A stretch of DNA of 64,000 nucleotides, from assembly GCA_964035545.1 (NCBI GenBank), contig OZ037765.1:16740995-16804994 (forward strand), in the 5' to 3' direction. The stretch is from Bugula neritina. Lineage: Eukaryota; Animalia; Bryozoa. Position numbers and translations under genes: made by a program. The number at the start of each line of letters is the position of its first letter. Positions within the stretch are counted from its first letter, which is position 1. Under the pieces are notes generated by a model. The model was not told the DNA's origin and searched no databases. It worked only from the letters and a program-made list of their open reading frames with translations. Positions 16,725 to 31,449 of the stretch are shown here, one piece after another.

Positions 16725-19700
16725 TTTCTGTGTTGTTTTATATTTTAGCAGCATTACCAAGTGAATGAAATCAGTTGATTTGGATGATCTGCTTTAATTT
16801 TTTAAATGCTGATCCAGTTCTTAAATGTTATTCTTTGTACCACATGGCTTTCACCTCACTATCACTTCTGTAGGTGACATTCAACCCACAAGACAACACA
16901 CAGATTTGTGTAGTTGGTAATGGAATCTTCAAGTTGTTTCGGTACAGTGAAGGAAATCTCAAGCAGTTTGCATTTCAAAAACTTGAACCGCAGAACTATT
17001 TGTGCCAAACATGGGTGTCGGATGAGCGAGTGGTGGTAGGAACTGACAATGGAAAGCTTCTTCTCTTTGAAGCAGGAGAATTGAAGAATGAGTTTAACTT
17101 ATCAATGCAGGTCACTGAGCAGTCTGACAAGTAAGTTTTAAGTTTTCTTACTAAATCAACCCATCAAGTTTATTTGTGTAGTCTGTTTTATTTTGGCGTT
17201 GTAGCTCTTACTTAATTTCAAACAAGCATCTGATTTACTATTTCTAGAAGTATATTTGGAGTGAATGAGAACCAAAACCTAGGCCCACCACAGATCACTT
17301 CTATTGTTGCTTTTTCAAAAGGATTTGCCTGCTCCTGTGGGCCTGGAACTGTGGCTTGGTTTGAGAAGAGCGATGATAAAGAATACTTTAAAAAGGTGAT
17401 TTTTATAAATTCAGCGGCATTTTTGTTTAGAATATTGATTACGTCAAAAAATGATTAAATTTAGTATTGTAATAACTTTTTACGACTTTCAAATATTTAT
17501 AAAAAAAGCTTATTACAGATTGCATTATATATATTTACAGGCCAGAGAAATAAAAATTCCTCAAGATAATAACAGCGCAGATCCTAGTAAAGCCGAGCAG
17601 CAGATAGTGTGTGCAATGGCTGTGAGCCCGTCTGAGGAGACCATAGTTGTGGTGACAGACTCCAGTCAGCTCTACCAGATCACCATGTCCAGTGCTGAGC
17701 TTGGCAAGGTACCTATCGAGGTTTCTTACAAACTGAATGTTGCTACTTAAGCTAAACTGTTGTTTGTTGTTGATATTTACATTGTATTACATATTTGAAA
17801 TAACATGAACTGACATGAAACTATATTTCAGCAACAAGGGGAACAGACATACTTTGAGTTTCTGGCTCAGTCATTTCACTCTGGTCAGGTGACAGGTCTG
17901 GATGTTTGCCTCAGGAAGCCTCTTGTAGCCACCTGCTCTAATGACCGCTCTGTCAGGATATGGAACTATGAAACATGGTATGATCAAACACTTGAAATCC
18001 ATAGCCTACTGATTTGTTAATAAAGTAGTTGGGCTGAACAAAAATGTTGGATCAGAAATTTAGAATAAGCATCATGTAGTCTTCTCAGCCTGATTTCTTT
18101 AGGTTATTTCATGTAGCAATTTTTGTTTGTGTATAAAAGTTTCAAATCCTCCACACACTGTATGCATAGCAGTTATGTCCTGTAAATATTGTGCTGTATA
18201 CAAGCTGTACTCATTGAGAGCTACTCTACAAATGAACTATTTTTCAAACTTAATTGAACTTAACTTTTGTTAATCTTGGTAACTTGTGTTAGAATAATTT
18301 TATTTATAATCATTTAGCTACATCTGTACAACATGGTGTGTTGTAGTAACCTTGAGCTGTACAAGGAATTTGCTGAGGAGGCCTTTAGCATTGCTCTTCA
18401 CCCATCTGGCTTGTATATCTGTGTTGGATTCAGTGACAAGCTTCGACTTATGAATCTCTTGATTGATGACATCAGAACCTTTAAAGAGTTTCCTATCAGA
18501 GGTTGCAAAGAGGTAACAACTCAGATTCTTCACTATTCTAATCAGACTATGTCAGGCTAGTCTTACAAATGGCATACAATCATTCTATGTGAATGAAATT
18601 TCTAGGAACAATTGTCTCTTGCAAAGATATTAATTATAATTTACAACAACTGTGTTTTTGATTCCATGCGGTGAGATAAGCTGTTTAATTTTTTTCAAAC
18701 TTTACCTCAACCACTTTAATAATAAAATCAAATAGAAATGTCACATTTGATGTTTTTGTTGCAGTGTGCCTTTAGTCATGGAGGACACTTCTTTGCAGCT
18801 GTCAACAGTACAATCATCTCCATATATTCTTCCACAACGTTTGAGAATGTCTCCAATCTAAAAGGTCACAATGGTAAGGTTCGATCAGTTGTGTGGAGCG
18901 CTGACGACAGCAAAATTGTCTCCTGTGGAATGGATGGTGCTGTTTATGAATGGGACTCATACTCTGGCAAGAGAATCGGAGAGAGTGTGCTCAAATCATG
19001 CAGCTACAGTGGCGTGACCATTGCACCGGACGGCAAAAACACTTACGCCGTGGGCTCTGACAAATCCATCAAAGAAATTCAAGACTCTCAGGTTTGAAAG
19101 CAGTTTAAACACATGCTGTTGGTTAATGCAGCAAAACGGTCTCAATTTTAAAAAATTGCCATTATTTTGTTTTACTATGTTGACTTGGATATATGAATTT
19201 TCTAGATTCTAAGAGATGTTTCATCTGATGATGTCACATTTACTACGGTGGCTCTTTCACATTCCGGGAGAATGTTATTCTGTGGAACTTCTGCTGGAAC
19301 ACTAAGATCTATCAAGTTTCCTTTAACAAATCCTGGTGAATGGCAAGAGTATCAAGGTCATGGCAAACAGATTGGTAAGTTAATGCACATATGAAGTTGT
19401 TTCAGTATCATGTTTTATTAGTACTTGTCAATGTTCTTGCTATTAACATAGTCCAGCATGTAGCAATTACAATCTTGGCTGTGTCACAACTTAAAACTTA
19501 AGCATTATATACACTGCTTATAAAAATGTATGCTGTTGATGACCTAATAACAACATGTTGAGTAAATGAAAATTGGTGCTATAAAACTTTCTGCTATATT
19601 TGATAAAAATCGTCCAGTATTTTTATAAATAAATATGTTGAAACATGTTTAACTCAAATATTTTTTACCATATATTTTAAGCATTTTCACAAATACATGT

Positions 19701-22700
19701 TATTTATATTATATATGAAAATGTTTCATCAGTTGAAACATTTCATCTACAATCTGATTAGAATTGCCTTTAACTGGTGTGCTGTAAAGCATGCATTATT
19801 TTTGCAAACTTTCCTCTTGTTTATTAATGGGGGACCTTTGTTTCAATAGTGAAAATGAAAGTGACATTTGATGATCTGTACCTAATCACCGTCTCCGAAG
19901 ATTCCACCATTATGATGTGGAAGATACAAGACAGAGAAGGGCGGACCATAAAGAGAGAAAAGGATGTCGGCTGGGCGGAAGAAATCCTTATAACAAAGAG
20001 TGATCTAGAAGAGAAGGTCAGTATTGTTTCTTAAAGAAAGTTGTAGAAGGTTTTCTATGCACTTACATGCATAGTAAATCTTATTGCGCATCTTACTGTA
20101 TGCTTGCCTAACTTTTGTTATGCTTATTTCATTTTTGTTTTGTTTCAATAAACATATAAGTTTTCATTTATTTTTGATAATAAAGATAACGTATGTTGTT
20201 TCACTTTGATGTTCTTCTACACCGTTCATATAAATTGATTGAAAGCATTCCACAATTACATATCTTTGTTCGAATAATAATAGTGTTGTGTTAGATTTTA
20301 TGTTTTTATGTTTATTTATACACAATAACAGCCATCATTGATTATCAATTTTAGAACTCCACCATGCAAGAGTTACTGCAGAGAGTAGAGGAACTGCGTA
20401 TGGAGAACGACTACCAGTTGAGACTGAAGGATATGAACTACAATGACAAAATTAAGGAGTTGACCGAAAAATTCATTCAGGAAATGGAGTCATTGAAGAC
20501 AAAGAACCAAGTTCTTAAAACCGATAAAGACAAGGAAGAAGCTAAGCACGAGGAGAAAACTGCTCAACTAATGGAGAAACAGAGCAATGAAGTGAGGGAA
20601 CTCGGTAGGTGTGGTCTTTAGGTTATTACAGATTTATGTACTTTTATGTAATGTATTTATATGTAATGTACCTGTATGTAATGTATCTGTATGTACTGTA
20701 CTTATACTAAAGAATTCTTAAAGCTTGCCTGTTTTGAACAACTTACTCTGTAGGTCATTCATTTCTTATCTTTAGGCCAAATCTTATTCTTTAATCAGTT
20801 TGTAGTAATAACGTAGTTATTTCTAACTAATGAAGGGCTGAGGTGTTAACAAATATGTTGTTAATTTTGTTGTTTCTATTTAAGAATCTGCCAACAATCA
20901 GAAGTTGATGCTGGAATATGAGAAATATCAGGAGTTGCAAACTAGAAGCATGAGAATGCAAGAAGACTATGAGAAACAATTAGCAGAGTTAGAAGATAGA
21001 AGTAACAAAGCTCAGCAAGAGCTGGAGGAGCATTATAACAGGTGCAACTTGTTGATAGACTAGCTGGTTTCTGCCATTTGAATTGCTTTCAGAGCTTGAA
21101 ATTTAGTAAATATAATTTAAAGAAGTTTATACTATTCATCATCAAATGTTTTCCATAATGTAGGGAGACAAAAATATTATATTAACACAGTGTTTTGTGT
21201 GAGTTTTGTCTCTCTAATTGTAGATTATGTTTTTACAGTGCGTAAAACACTATATTTATTGGTTAGAATAAATATATCTGAAGCTTTTCTAATAAAATAA
21301 AAAAAATTTCCAAAAATTTTGCAGTAAGATATTAGGTTAAATAAAATTTTTTTAATGAGAATTGAAAAATGGATGCCAAGGTCATAGAACAGTTACGAGG
21401 CCCACATTTTGACAATTAATATCTTCTGTGTCATATTTTGTTGAGAGCTCCTGGTTTGCTGTTAGAAAGCTTCATAATTCTGGTGTTGATACATGTATGC
21501 TGACTATAATATCTAAATATAAAAATTTGTAGCAAACTTGAAGAAAAGAATCAGCAGCTGGAGCAAGCTATGGATGAAAGCCGCCAAAACCAAAAGGAAT
21601 ATGAGGAAACGAGACGGCAAATAGAGGAAGATGCTGACAGGGAAATACTTGACATCAAAAACAAGTATGAGCGACGACTTCGGGATGAAAAAGAGGCCAA
21701 CAGTCGGTTGAAAGGAGAAACTGGTATCTTGACTAAAAAGGTAATACATAGCATAACACATTTTTTCACAGCTAGCAGTGTTGTCAATATTATTATTAGC
21801 TGCTCGTTGAATGAATAAAGTTATTCATTATGCAATATTTTGCTCCCAGTTCACCTCTTTGGAGAAAGAAATAGATGGTCACAAAGAAGAAATCAAGAAG
21901 TCTCAGACTGAAGTAGTGAAGCTGAATGGTGTCATTGCTAACCTGCAGAAAGACATTCTAGGGCTAAAGAAAGAAATCCAAGAAAGAGATGAAACTATTC
22001 AGGTACACATAACTCTATTTTTAGTTTTGGTTAGCCGCTAGTGGTATGAAGAGCTACATGATGTTATTGTGGTTCGCTTTCAGTTCGTCACATTTGCTGA
22101 GAATTATAAACACATTTGCATTTATACTCGTTTAGGACAAAGAAAAGAGAATTTATGATTTGAAGAAGAAAAATCAAGAACTTGAAAAGTTCAAATTTGT
22201 CCTTGATTATAAAATCAAAGAGCTGAAGAAGCAGATAGAGCCAAGAGAGGCTGATATCAAGGCTATGAAAGAACAAATCCAGGAGGTTCGTTTAAATAAA
22301 CTCAGAAGTATCATGGCATTTCCTTCAACTTAAAATTATAATATGTTTTTGCAATACACAGCGTACCTGCCTACTGCATTCCTTTAAGATGCATCTAAAG
22401 CTATCAGAGAACTTTTTGTAACACTTAAATTAAAAAGTTGCACTGGTGGTGTCAAATATTTACTATGCATTACTGTATTATAAGTCAGTAAATGGTTTCT
22501 GTCACTACTGCGTTTCACTACTGTGTGTCATACTGTGTGTCACTGCTACATGTCACTGCTACTGCGCGTCACTACTACATGTCACTACTACATTTCACCG
22601 CTGCATGTCACTACTGTGTATTACTACTGTGTGTCACTACTACTACATGTCACTACTGTTTGTCGCTACTGCACATCACTACTTCGTGTCGCTACTGCAT

Positions 22701-24059
22701 AATGCAAAGTGATACTTGGTAATACATGGTGACACATGCTATGGTGTTTTAGATGGAAAGTGAACTTGAAAGGTTCCACAAGCAGAATACTCAACTTGAG
22801 CTGAACATAACAGAGTTGAGACAGAAGCTGAAGGCCACTGATAAAGAGATGCATGTTGAAAGACAGAAAGTCAGAGATGTTGAAGCAGTGGTCAAGAGAT
22901 TTAAAACAGATCTACACAACTGCGTGGCATTCATACAGGAGCCCAAAGTCCTCAAAGATAGCATCAAGGCTCTTTATACCAAATATGTCCAAGAAGATGT
23001 AGTGAGTTACTGTTCAAAGTATATGTTAATAGCATTTATCCATTCCTGCTAGTTATAATTATTGATTTGCTTTTATTATTAAACTTGAGAGAAGGTAATC
23101 TTGCTTATGCAAAAATTGATGTAACACTAGCTGTGTATTCATAGATACAAACTATATGCCAGGTCTGCAAACTTCTATGGAGTATTTTCTACTCTTTTAG
23201 ACGGAAACAGCTACAGGGGATGCTGAGATACAGAATGAGTATAGCCGACAAAGAGAACATCTGGAGAGGTCAGTGGCCTCACTGCGCAAGAAACTCGCTA
23301 AGGACTCGGAGATTCACAGAGCAGACAATGTTAGAATCATGCAGGTTAGCTTTAGACAGATTGTATGAAATACGTGCTCAACACATTTTACAGTATTTAT
23401 AGTATAGAGTTGCTCCACAGTAGTTGGTTATTAACATATTTTTATATCTTTGTAAAATTGACTGCAGGTTACTTATACAAGTATGTTGTTAAAGCAGCAG
23501 AAGCATACTGCTGTCTGCATAGAAGCATCACAGTACCAGCTGTTCATGGACGTGTCTTTCTCAATGTTTAGGAAAACGTGTCTCTTATCAAAGAGATTAA
23601 TGACCTGAGGAAGGAGTTGAAGATTGTCAGAGTGAAGAATCACGACCTGGAAGCTGCTCTGGGGTTGCACAGAAAGAACAACAAAGATGTCTCACAGCTA
23701 TTACAGTCAGTTACTTCACAAAACAAAAATGCTATGATGGAAGAAGACCTTAAAGAAAAGGGAAAGGTATGCTCTATCTAAGCTGTTGACTTTTGGCAGA
23801 TTCTTAATTTAGTCATGCTCTACAAGTTATACTGAATGACAAGAGTTTAGACTTTAGAGCTATTAGAAAATCATAGTTATTATTATCTAATTTCATTTTA
23901 ATCAGTTAAAATGCAAATTTTTGAACACAGATTTTGTTGCAGATAATTGATATTCAAAGAATGGAGATAAAGAAGCTGCGATCTCATGTTGAGGATCTGG
24001 AGATGACAGTACAGCGTCCAGGCTCGGGTCAGAGACTCCCACCGATGCAACCAGTCTAA
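15865..24059 (+). CDS. CFAP57: Cilia- and flagella-associated protein 57 (WDR65): WD40 repeats plus C-terminal coiled coil
   Basis: 18 coding exons: 15865-16335, 16874-17130, 17248-17395, 17541-17708, 17832-17977, 18347-18512, 18765-19091, 19206-19374, 19850-20016, 20355-20604, 20885-21041, 21533-21740, 21850-22002, 22136-22285, 22753-23001, 23201-23344, 23572-23766, 23943-24059 (TAA). Motifs [71 protein letters not shown]. Confidence 0.96.
16678..16723. repeat. (TA)23 microsatellite in a CFAP57 intron
   Basis: Perfect dinucleotide run. Confidence 0.95.
20632..20706. repeat. Short ~14-bp tandem repeat (tatgtaatgtacct-like)
   Basis: About 5 imperfect copies in a CFAP57 intron. Confidence 0.7.
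22498..22700. repeat. ~13-bp minisatellite (gtcactactgcat-like) in a CFAP57 intron
   Basis: About 15 degenerate copies; they generate the spurious Cys/His-rich ORFs 22446-22712 and 22492-22722. Confidence 0.85.
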
Positions 24060-24395
24060 CTACTGCTATAACTCTGAGGCTATATTCAGTGTTTAGCTAG
24101 AACTGGCTGACTGGAGTGACAACTCCGAGTCTTTTTTCGTTTTACTGTACATCATCATTATGCTGTTTATTTATTATCTCTCTATATATACTTCACCAAA
24201 ATTGTTGCTGCTCATTTAGATTAAACAATCAGCTCTTGGTAATACATGATTTTGGTAGCTTTTGTTTCACTTATTATATTTTTGTGTAAAAGTATAAATA
24301 TAAAAAATAAAACATTTAAAGATGTTTTAAAGTTAGTTTGCAATATTTTGTTTACAGTATTTAGAGCATAACCTTCCACCAAGGCTTGATTAAAG

Positions 24396-27300
24396 CTAAT
24401 TGTTTTCTTTAATTTTTTTAAAAAACTTTTGTCTTTGTTTTTCTCTTATCTTCTCAAACCTTTCCAGGTGAATTGGGTTGAAATTGAGTTCTGTGAAACC
24501 ATTATTTGGGCTTTCCATGTCTTTTGTTTTTGAAGCTGCTCGATTTTGTGCTTCTTGATCAAGCTGTGTTATGAATGTCAGTTGAAGGTCTGTAGAGGGT
24601 GCCCTTTGTACTTGACGCAGTAGAGCTATTTTTTCTTGTTTTTTCTCTTGTGTTCTTCTCTGTGCCTCTTCTTCTTTGCGACTTGCAGGTCTAAAATCAA
24701 TCATGGGTTTGTTCATACACTAGCAGTAAAAGAGTTAGGATGTATATGATGTGCTGATGCATGAATGTTTTCAGTATCGAAATATTTGATGGATCTTGTT
24801 AAATTACACACTAAATATTAATATGAGAGTTCAAAATTTTAAGTGTGGCATGCGTAATATTTTTCCCACGATAACTTATGGATTGCTTGTAAGCTGTATA
24901 TACACTGCAGTCCGGAAACCCAAAAAACACAAAATACTGTTACTGAAATATAGGTTATCTAATAAGAAATAAGGCTCACAAATTACAAGCCTTGCTGTGT
25001 ATAAAACATATTACGATTAATTTATAATATTGAAATGTTATTAATATATATTTTTAAACTATTAAATTTTCTTACAGTTTAGTATGCATAATTATTATAC
25101 TGTTTCACCTTATTCAGCACCCAGTTGAAACATGTGCATTAGAAAATTCAGTTATAGTAAAAGTAACAAATGAGTGTTGTATCTCTGTGTGTGTCTATAT
25201 TTTTATATGGCAACCAGAAAACCAAAGTTTTAATCATGTCAATGATAAATCGTTTATTTCATAAATTTTAAATAGTTTATATGAATTTAAAAAAAAGGTT
25301 ATAGCCTGTAACATTTTTTGTTAGTTGTTACGCAATTGTCTACAAATATATGATTACTAGAAATGGAAAGTTTCTATTTTTAGCTGTGTGAAAACTTAAA
25401 TTCTGGTATACATCATTAAATGAATGTTTTATTTGATTACTTTTTTAAAATTATTTTTATTCAGTAACACCTGTAAATATGATTTGAAAATGGGGGTGGC
25501 AGGTTTACATTGAGAGGATAATTCTAGGATTGTACCAGATAAGTTGTGCATAAGAATAGGTTAATGTTTCCAGCCTAGATGTGACACATCAAATAATCTC
25601 TAAGATTTAATTGGCCACTTAATTGCTGTTGAAAAACAACTAAAGCACCAATAATTGAAATGTCACATTATGAGTTTCATTTGTAATTAGCTATTTTAAA
25701 AGGTCTTTTATTATTACTCACAGATAAATTGGCATACAATTAATAGCAGAATATATAACTCAACTCTCAAGATACAGTATATAATTATTAATTTGTCTTG
25801 ATTTCAAAGGAAGACATTAAATGATTGAAAGATGCCAATTGTTACCTGCCTGCAAGAACTTGAGAACTTACTAACTTATTACAATTCCCATTATGCAACA
25901 TCTACTTGTTGAACAAGAGAGAAACTTTAGTGTAACCTAGATTAACGTTTGTGGGAAAACTCTAATTTAATGCCTGGATATAAAGAATAAGTTGTATCTT
26001 AATTTAAATGGTAAAGCTGAGGGTCTAGTAGTTTGTTAGTAGTTTCACAAATGAGAGAATCTAGACTCAGCCAAAACACACTCTTTGGAGATGGCAGTGG
26101 CTGAAGGTAGAAATATTAAGCTTTACAATTTAACTGACTATTTTATTGTGCATGTTGTTTTATATGTAAGCAATATAAATTAAGAATTATCCTCACTATG
26201 TTGTCATCATTCAATAACTGCATAACATTTACAATAGGATAAAATGTGTGCTGTGTACATTGCTTAATCCAATTAGTACATGCATGACTGATAATAAAAT
26301 TTGGTAACTGTTATATTAGCTACGAATGAAATAGGCCCAGGTCACAAAGTGGAGGGAGAGCAGATTATTTTTGCAAACTGTTCCACAGAGGAAACAGTGT
26401 AAGGTTGGTAAGTGTGAGTGTTCGGAAAGGTTGGATTTGGTACACCTAATTAGAGGTCATGGTTTGCAGTTATAAATTATTTTGCCAAGCAGTTAGATCA
26501 TGATGCCCATTTCTTATCATAAACTCACCGAAATGTTGCATATTCCTTGTCTAATTTAGTTAGCTCTTGACCATTCAAAGGTGGTGATTGCATTATGATA
26601 CTTCTGAATTTGTTATTCATATCTTCATCGGTATGTTCAGTCTCCCAAATATTTTTGGTTTTTCGTTTCAGTATAGTAAAAGCATCTATGGTAGGTAGTG
26701 ACATTTTGGCAGCATTATTAGATTTTTCTGACCTTTTGATAGCTGAAAATATGAAACAGTTTATTTAGTTTATAGTAAGTCAATTGGAATGCGTAAGAAA
26801 TGTGATATTGACAAAACGTTGTATCCTTACGCATCATGTAGTGCTGAAGAGAATCATCCCCCTCTGCTTGCTCCAGTGCTTTAGTTGAAGGTGAAGGAGG
26901 CCTTTCAATCAGTAAAGTTGGCTGCAGGTTGTAAATTAGTCTAAATTGACAATTATAAGTAAGTTTAACCAAAGTTTTAAAAGCATATTTTTAGCTCCCA
27001 GCGCTTACAAGCAGTAAAATTAGATATATATGCAGACATATTTAAAAATGTGTCTACTGCATGAATTAATTTTAAATGCCACTCCATTTTATAAAACCGT
27101 TTATCTATAATATCATAAACTACCAAGTGTTTAGGCTTTCAAACTTAAACTGTTACAGTTTAAATGGTGCAATATTACCTTTCCCTCTTAAACATCTTTT
27201 TGTCATTTTCAATTAAACTGGAATTCTTTTTTGTCTCAACGTCAATTCTTCTAACTTCTAATTCCAATTTTCTATCTGGAAACTTGTTGTCATCTAACAC

Positions 27301-28544
27301 TACCTAGTTTACACAAATTATAAGACTGTTGTTGACTATCAAAAATAGATCATTATACTCTCTTGATATAAGTAATATAAATCTATGTGAAACAATATTA
27401 TAATTATTATAAATTAGAATATTAAAATAATGGAAGTATGGGAACTTTTGGAACACACCATAAACTTAATGAGGAGTTTGGGGTTGATAGAAATGAGGTA
27501 GGTGCAGTAATGGAGAAATTGAGAAAAGCTTGTGTTCTAGATTAGAATGTAGTAAAAGAAGTTATTTTCTCGAAATAATTTCAACCCGCGCCCCCAACCA
27601 AAATGTAATAGTCAAATTAAAGAGCTTAGGCTATTTTAATTTCTCCACTATTGCTCCTTAATGATAGAAATGACTTGTCCCAAAGTCATCTTACACTTTA
27701 CAGTTCACACAATACAGAAATGCTAGTAGTGTGGGATAGTTTTAAGGCCCTACAGCTTTCTTTACTCACAAGGCTGAAATTATAAAGCAACTTTTGTCAC
27801 CAAAATGCAATTAATATAGACTGGAGTTAAACAAATCTGAATTAGGGATTCAAAAGATATGTTACTAGTTTTTGAAATACATTTCATATATTTTTGATGT
27901 TTTAAAGTTTATATAGTTTGTTCTTCTAAATTTATTCTTTCAAAACATTCCATCAGCTACATTATTCTTAGTCCAGGCTCAATTCTACTGCCTACTGTCT
28001 ACTGCTATGCTATTGATTGTCATGCTACTATTCAATAATTTATTATTCTAACTAATACAGCTTTTATGAACTCTTGACAAACAAGTGAATTTAATAATGT
28101 GTACACAAACAGACACAAACACACACATACAAATACACATACAAACACACATGCACACATACAGGCACACACATTTACACACACATACAAACACACACAT
28201 ACACAAACACACACACAGGCACACACACACATACAACACACATACAAATACACACACATACAGGCACAAACACACATACACACACAAACAGACACAAACA
28301 CACACACAGGCACACACACATACAACACACATACAGGCACAAACACACACACAGGCACACACACACCCACAAACACGCCCACAAACACACAACACACACA
28401 CACACACAAACACACACAAACACACACAAACACACACAAACACACACAAACACACACAAACAGGCCATCATATGTATACCTAACCTTTCCCACTTTGCTG
28501 TATAATATATTTCTTGCTGTATCCAAAGCATGCCTACGCTCCAT
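24396..28544 (-). CDS. Uncharacterised charged, probably partly coiled-coil protein (~270 aa)
   Basis: Phase-consistent exons (-): ~27302-27179, 26940-26831, 26742-26529, 24690-24396 (TAG), reading DDNKFPDRKLELEVRRIDVETKK...RPPSPSTK...EYATFRPASRKEEEAQRR...KIKENN*. The first coding exon 28544-~28485 (MERRHALDTARNILYSKVGK) is less certain. No family recognised. Confidence 0.7.
28102..28461. repeat. Compound CA-rich microsatellite
   Basis: Imperfect (CA)n with acaa/acag/acat variants; source of five overlapping spurious ORFs (VC-rich and TH-rich). Confidence 0.95.
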
Positions 28545-31449
28545 GGCTCAAGCTAAACTCTAAACTTTGCATTGTGTAATGAGCATAGATACAGCTTTAG
28601 AGTTGTAGTGCTGTTTTTCTTGCCTTTGTATTTTCTCTATACAATTGAAATGACCCTTACAATAAGTTAAGTAATACAAAATAGAATTTCAAAGAAACTG
28701 ATTAGCTATCATAACAATGTTAGATGCATACCATGATAATTATAAGCTAGCCATAATTACTACACAGCAAAAGTTGAAATGTTGAAATGCTGAACAAATA
28801 ATGTGCCTGTGGCTGGTGGGTCAGCAGTTTGCTGCCTTAAGAAAATTGCTCGTTTATTATGCAGAGCTATTGTCACCTAGGTTACAAAAACACATGGATA
28901 TTGTACTAACAGCATAATTATACTATGCTCTTACACTTAGCAATCTCTATACCTCGCTATTTTATCATAACCTAGCTATATTTAGAAGTTGATATACTTA
29001 CAAACAACCATCTACATCTAGCTATGTCTCACTATTATGCAAAACAAAAAATCATTGAGAAATTAGCTACAAAGTACACTTTGCATGTCAGTTACATCTC
29101 AATGTGCTTCAATAGTGCTGTGCACTGGTTCTTTTCTAGAGAAACCCTCATGAAAAGGTAAGTCCAATTAATTGATAATCAATTGGCAATTTGAGAGGAG
29201 AAGATTAGAATGCACAAAAGCAGCTTTTGAAATCAAATGAATAAAGCATACTGAGACTGGGAACTGGAAACACCAGGTTAAACGTTAGTCCAAGTTATAT
29301 GTTACATTATGCAGTAATTCACTGCAAGTCAATGACCATTACACTTACTACACTACTTACCATCAACCTAGAACAGTTGGTAGTCTGCAGATTGGATTCA
29401 ATTTTTCAAATTTTCATAAATCATGCAAAGTAGTAAGATTTTTAGACTAATTCATTGAATGAAGAAATCAGTCTAGGATAAAAAAGCAATTTCAAATATA
29501 AGAATATATTTATATGCGTTGTTTCTTTAACATAATCACGTCATTTGAACATTCCTTAGAGGTGTTGAAATTATCCTGATACACTCTGCCCTTCATTGAG
29601 CCATTATGTTTTCATTTACTAGCACTGTATTAACACGCTATCATTTGCAAGTGCTACTCCCACCATTAGCACTACATTCAAGAATTGCCTCCACCTGTAT
29701 ATACTCGATGTTATACATGACAGTAGTCATGCTTACAGCAAGATTTTCTGTCAGTTTGTCAATTTAGTGCAAACAAGTACTGAGAAAGTGGTCAGCAGAG
29801 TCAAAAGGAAAATTTATTGTCGGCATGATGAAGCAGTTTGACACGTGTCACAGGTGTATAGAATAAATCGAAAATGTAATACTGGTATGTCTAATCACAA
29901 CTTTTTCACCTTGTGTGCAAAAATTGACATAGTTTATGATGCAGATTAGAAGATGAATTTATTACGCTGCTGTCAACCACTCCAGTATAGTAAGATGTAA
30001 TTCTGGAGCCATATAATCTGAATGTGCTGAAAGTTCTGTTGTCCTGCCTACTCATATTAGAAAAGCTTGACTGGCAACCACCTCTTCTGCTATTTAAAGT
30101 CTTTAGTAAATGCTGCTAGTTTATGTGATAAACACTAAACCGATATTGATATCCTTTGCTTAATAGCAACATTGCACTACCAAAGTGAAACATGTAAATA
30201 TTATTAACATGAGAAATAAATAATTTATAATAAAGGGGCATGTTCTACCCAATTTCTAATTTGTAACATTTTGCAAGAAAATTAAGAGTAGATGTGGTGG
30301 CACTTGAAACAGCAATATTAATCATTCCAATATGTCTATGGGTAGCAAAACCAGTTTAGAATGGTAATCAGTGCAGTTGAAAAATAGTACTTTTACATAA
30401 AAAATGTACAGCAGCAATATAATTTACATAGCTCATTTGCATAAAGCACAGAAACTCAATAAAAATTCAATATGTGGCTATTGCCATGTTTTTTTGTGTG
30501 TTATTATATAACTATTTTTGCTAAGATTTTCATAGCAATGTTTTTGCCACCGCTGGTTTGTTGCTATCTGATATATTTGAATGATGAAAACAAACTGATC
30601 AACTTATTGTAGTAGCTGGCCTATTTTCATTATTGAAAAGTGTTTTATTAGTATAAGTTATTTATGTGAAATATACAGAGCTATTCAGGAACATAAATTG
30701 TCATACTATAACAATCTTAATATGAATTTAATTAATTTGAACATTTATAAAATAAACTTCTACTAGCATGAAGGCAGATAGAGGTGTAAACACAATAGTT
30801 CAAATGTAATAAAAACATTAATTTTCCTAAACTTGCTTTTATTCAACAGTATATAATAGATTTAATAGTTTATCTAAATGTATATAGCATTTCCTATTTT
30901 AAAAAGAGCCTAAATACTTAGGAGTTTTTTAAATTTTACAGCAATTGTGACAATGGTTTTCAGGTTGACATTTTTAAAATTATAAACAGTTTAAAAATCT
31001 CAGTTGTACATGTGTGTGCCCATAAAATGATGGCCTGAATTGTTATTTTTTTAGGTATAAACTAGTAATACTGTTCAAGAGGGTATTAGTTTCAAGTAGG
31101 AGTTGCACCCACCATTGCTAGTTGACCTGAGATAGGGAATAGATGTGAGCATTCAATACAAGACAATACTGAGCCCTAACTAAGACTGTGCAGGGGAGTT
31201 GGATTGCAATATATATGGTGCATTATATATCAGCATAGAATACAAAGTATAAGGTAGGTATAATAAAATTATTGAGTACATCTACAGCAATTCTATAGAT
31301 AGAGAACTATGATTGATGATACTGCTCATGGTATTTTGTTGGTGACACTCTGGACGAAAGTGGATAGATGGTATTTTTAAGTTGTGTGGATTAATTAAAT
31401 AGTAATTAACTGGTACCAATTTTAGAAAATGTACATGAGTGTTAGCCAA

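Noticed and set aside
22446-22722. Cys/His-rich ORFs resembling metallothionein or zinc-finger proteins, and a CRISPR-like look
   Set aside because: A 13-bp intronic minisatellite without unique spacers, in a eukaryotic context.
28032-28563. Five long overlapping ORFs (VC-rich and TH-rich)
   Set aside because: Translations of the CA-rich microsatellite; only the first ~20 codons of 28544(-) may be a real exon.
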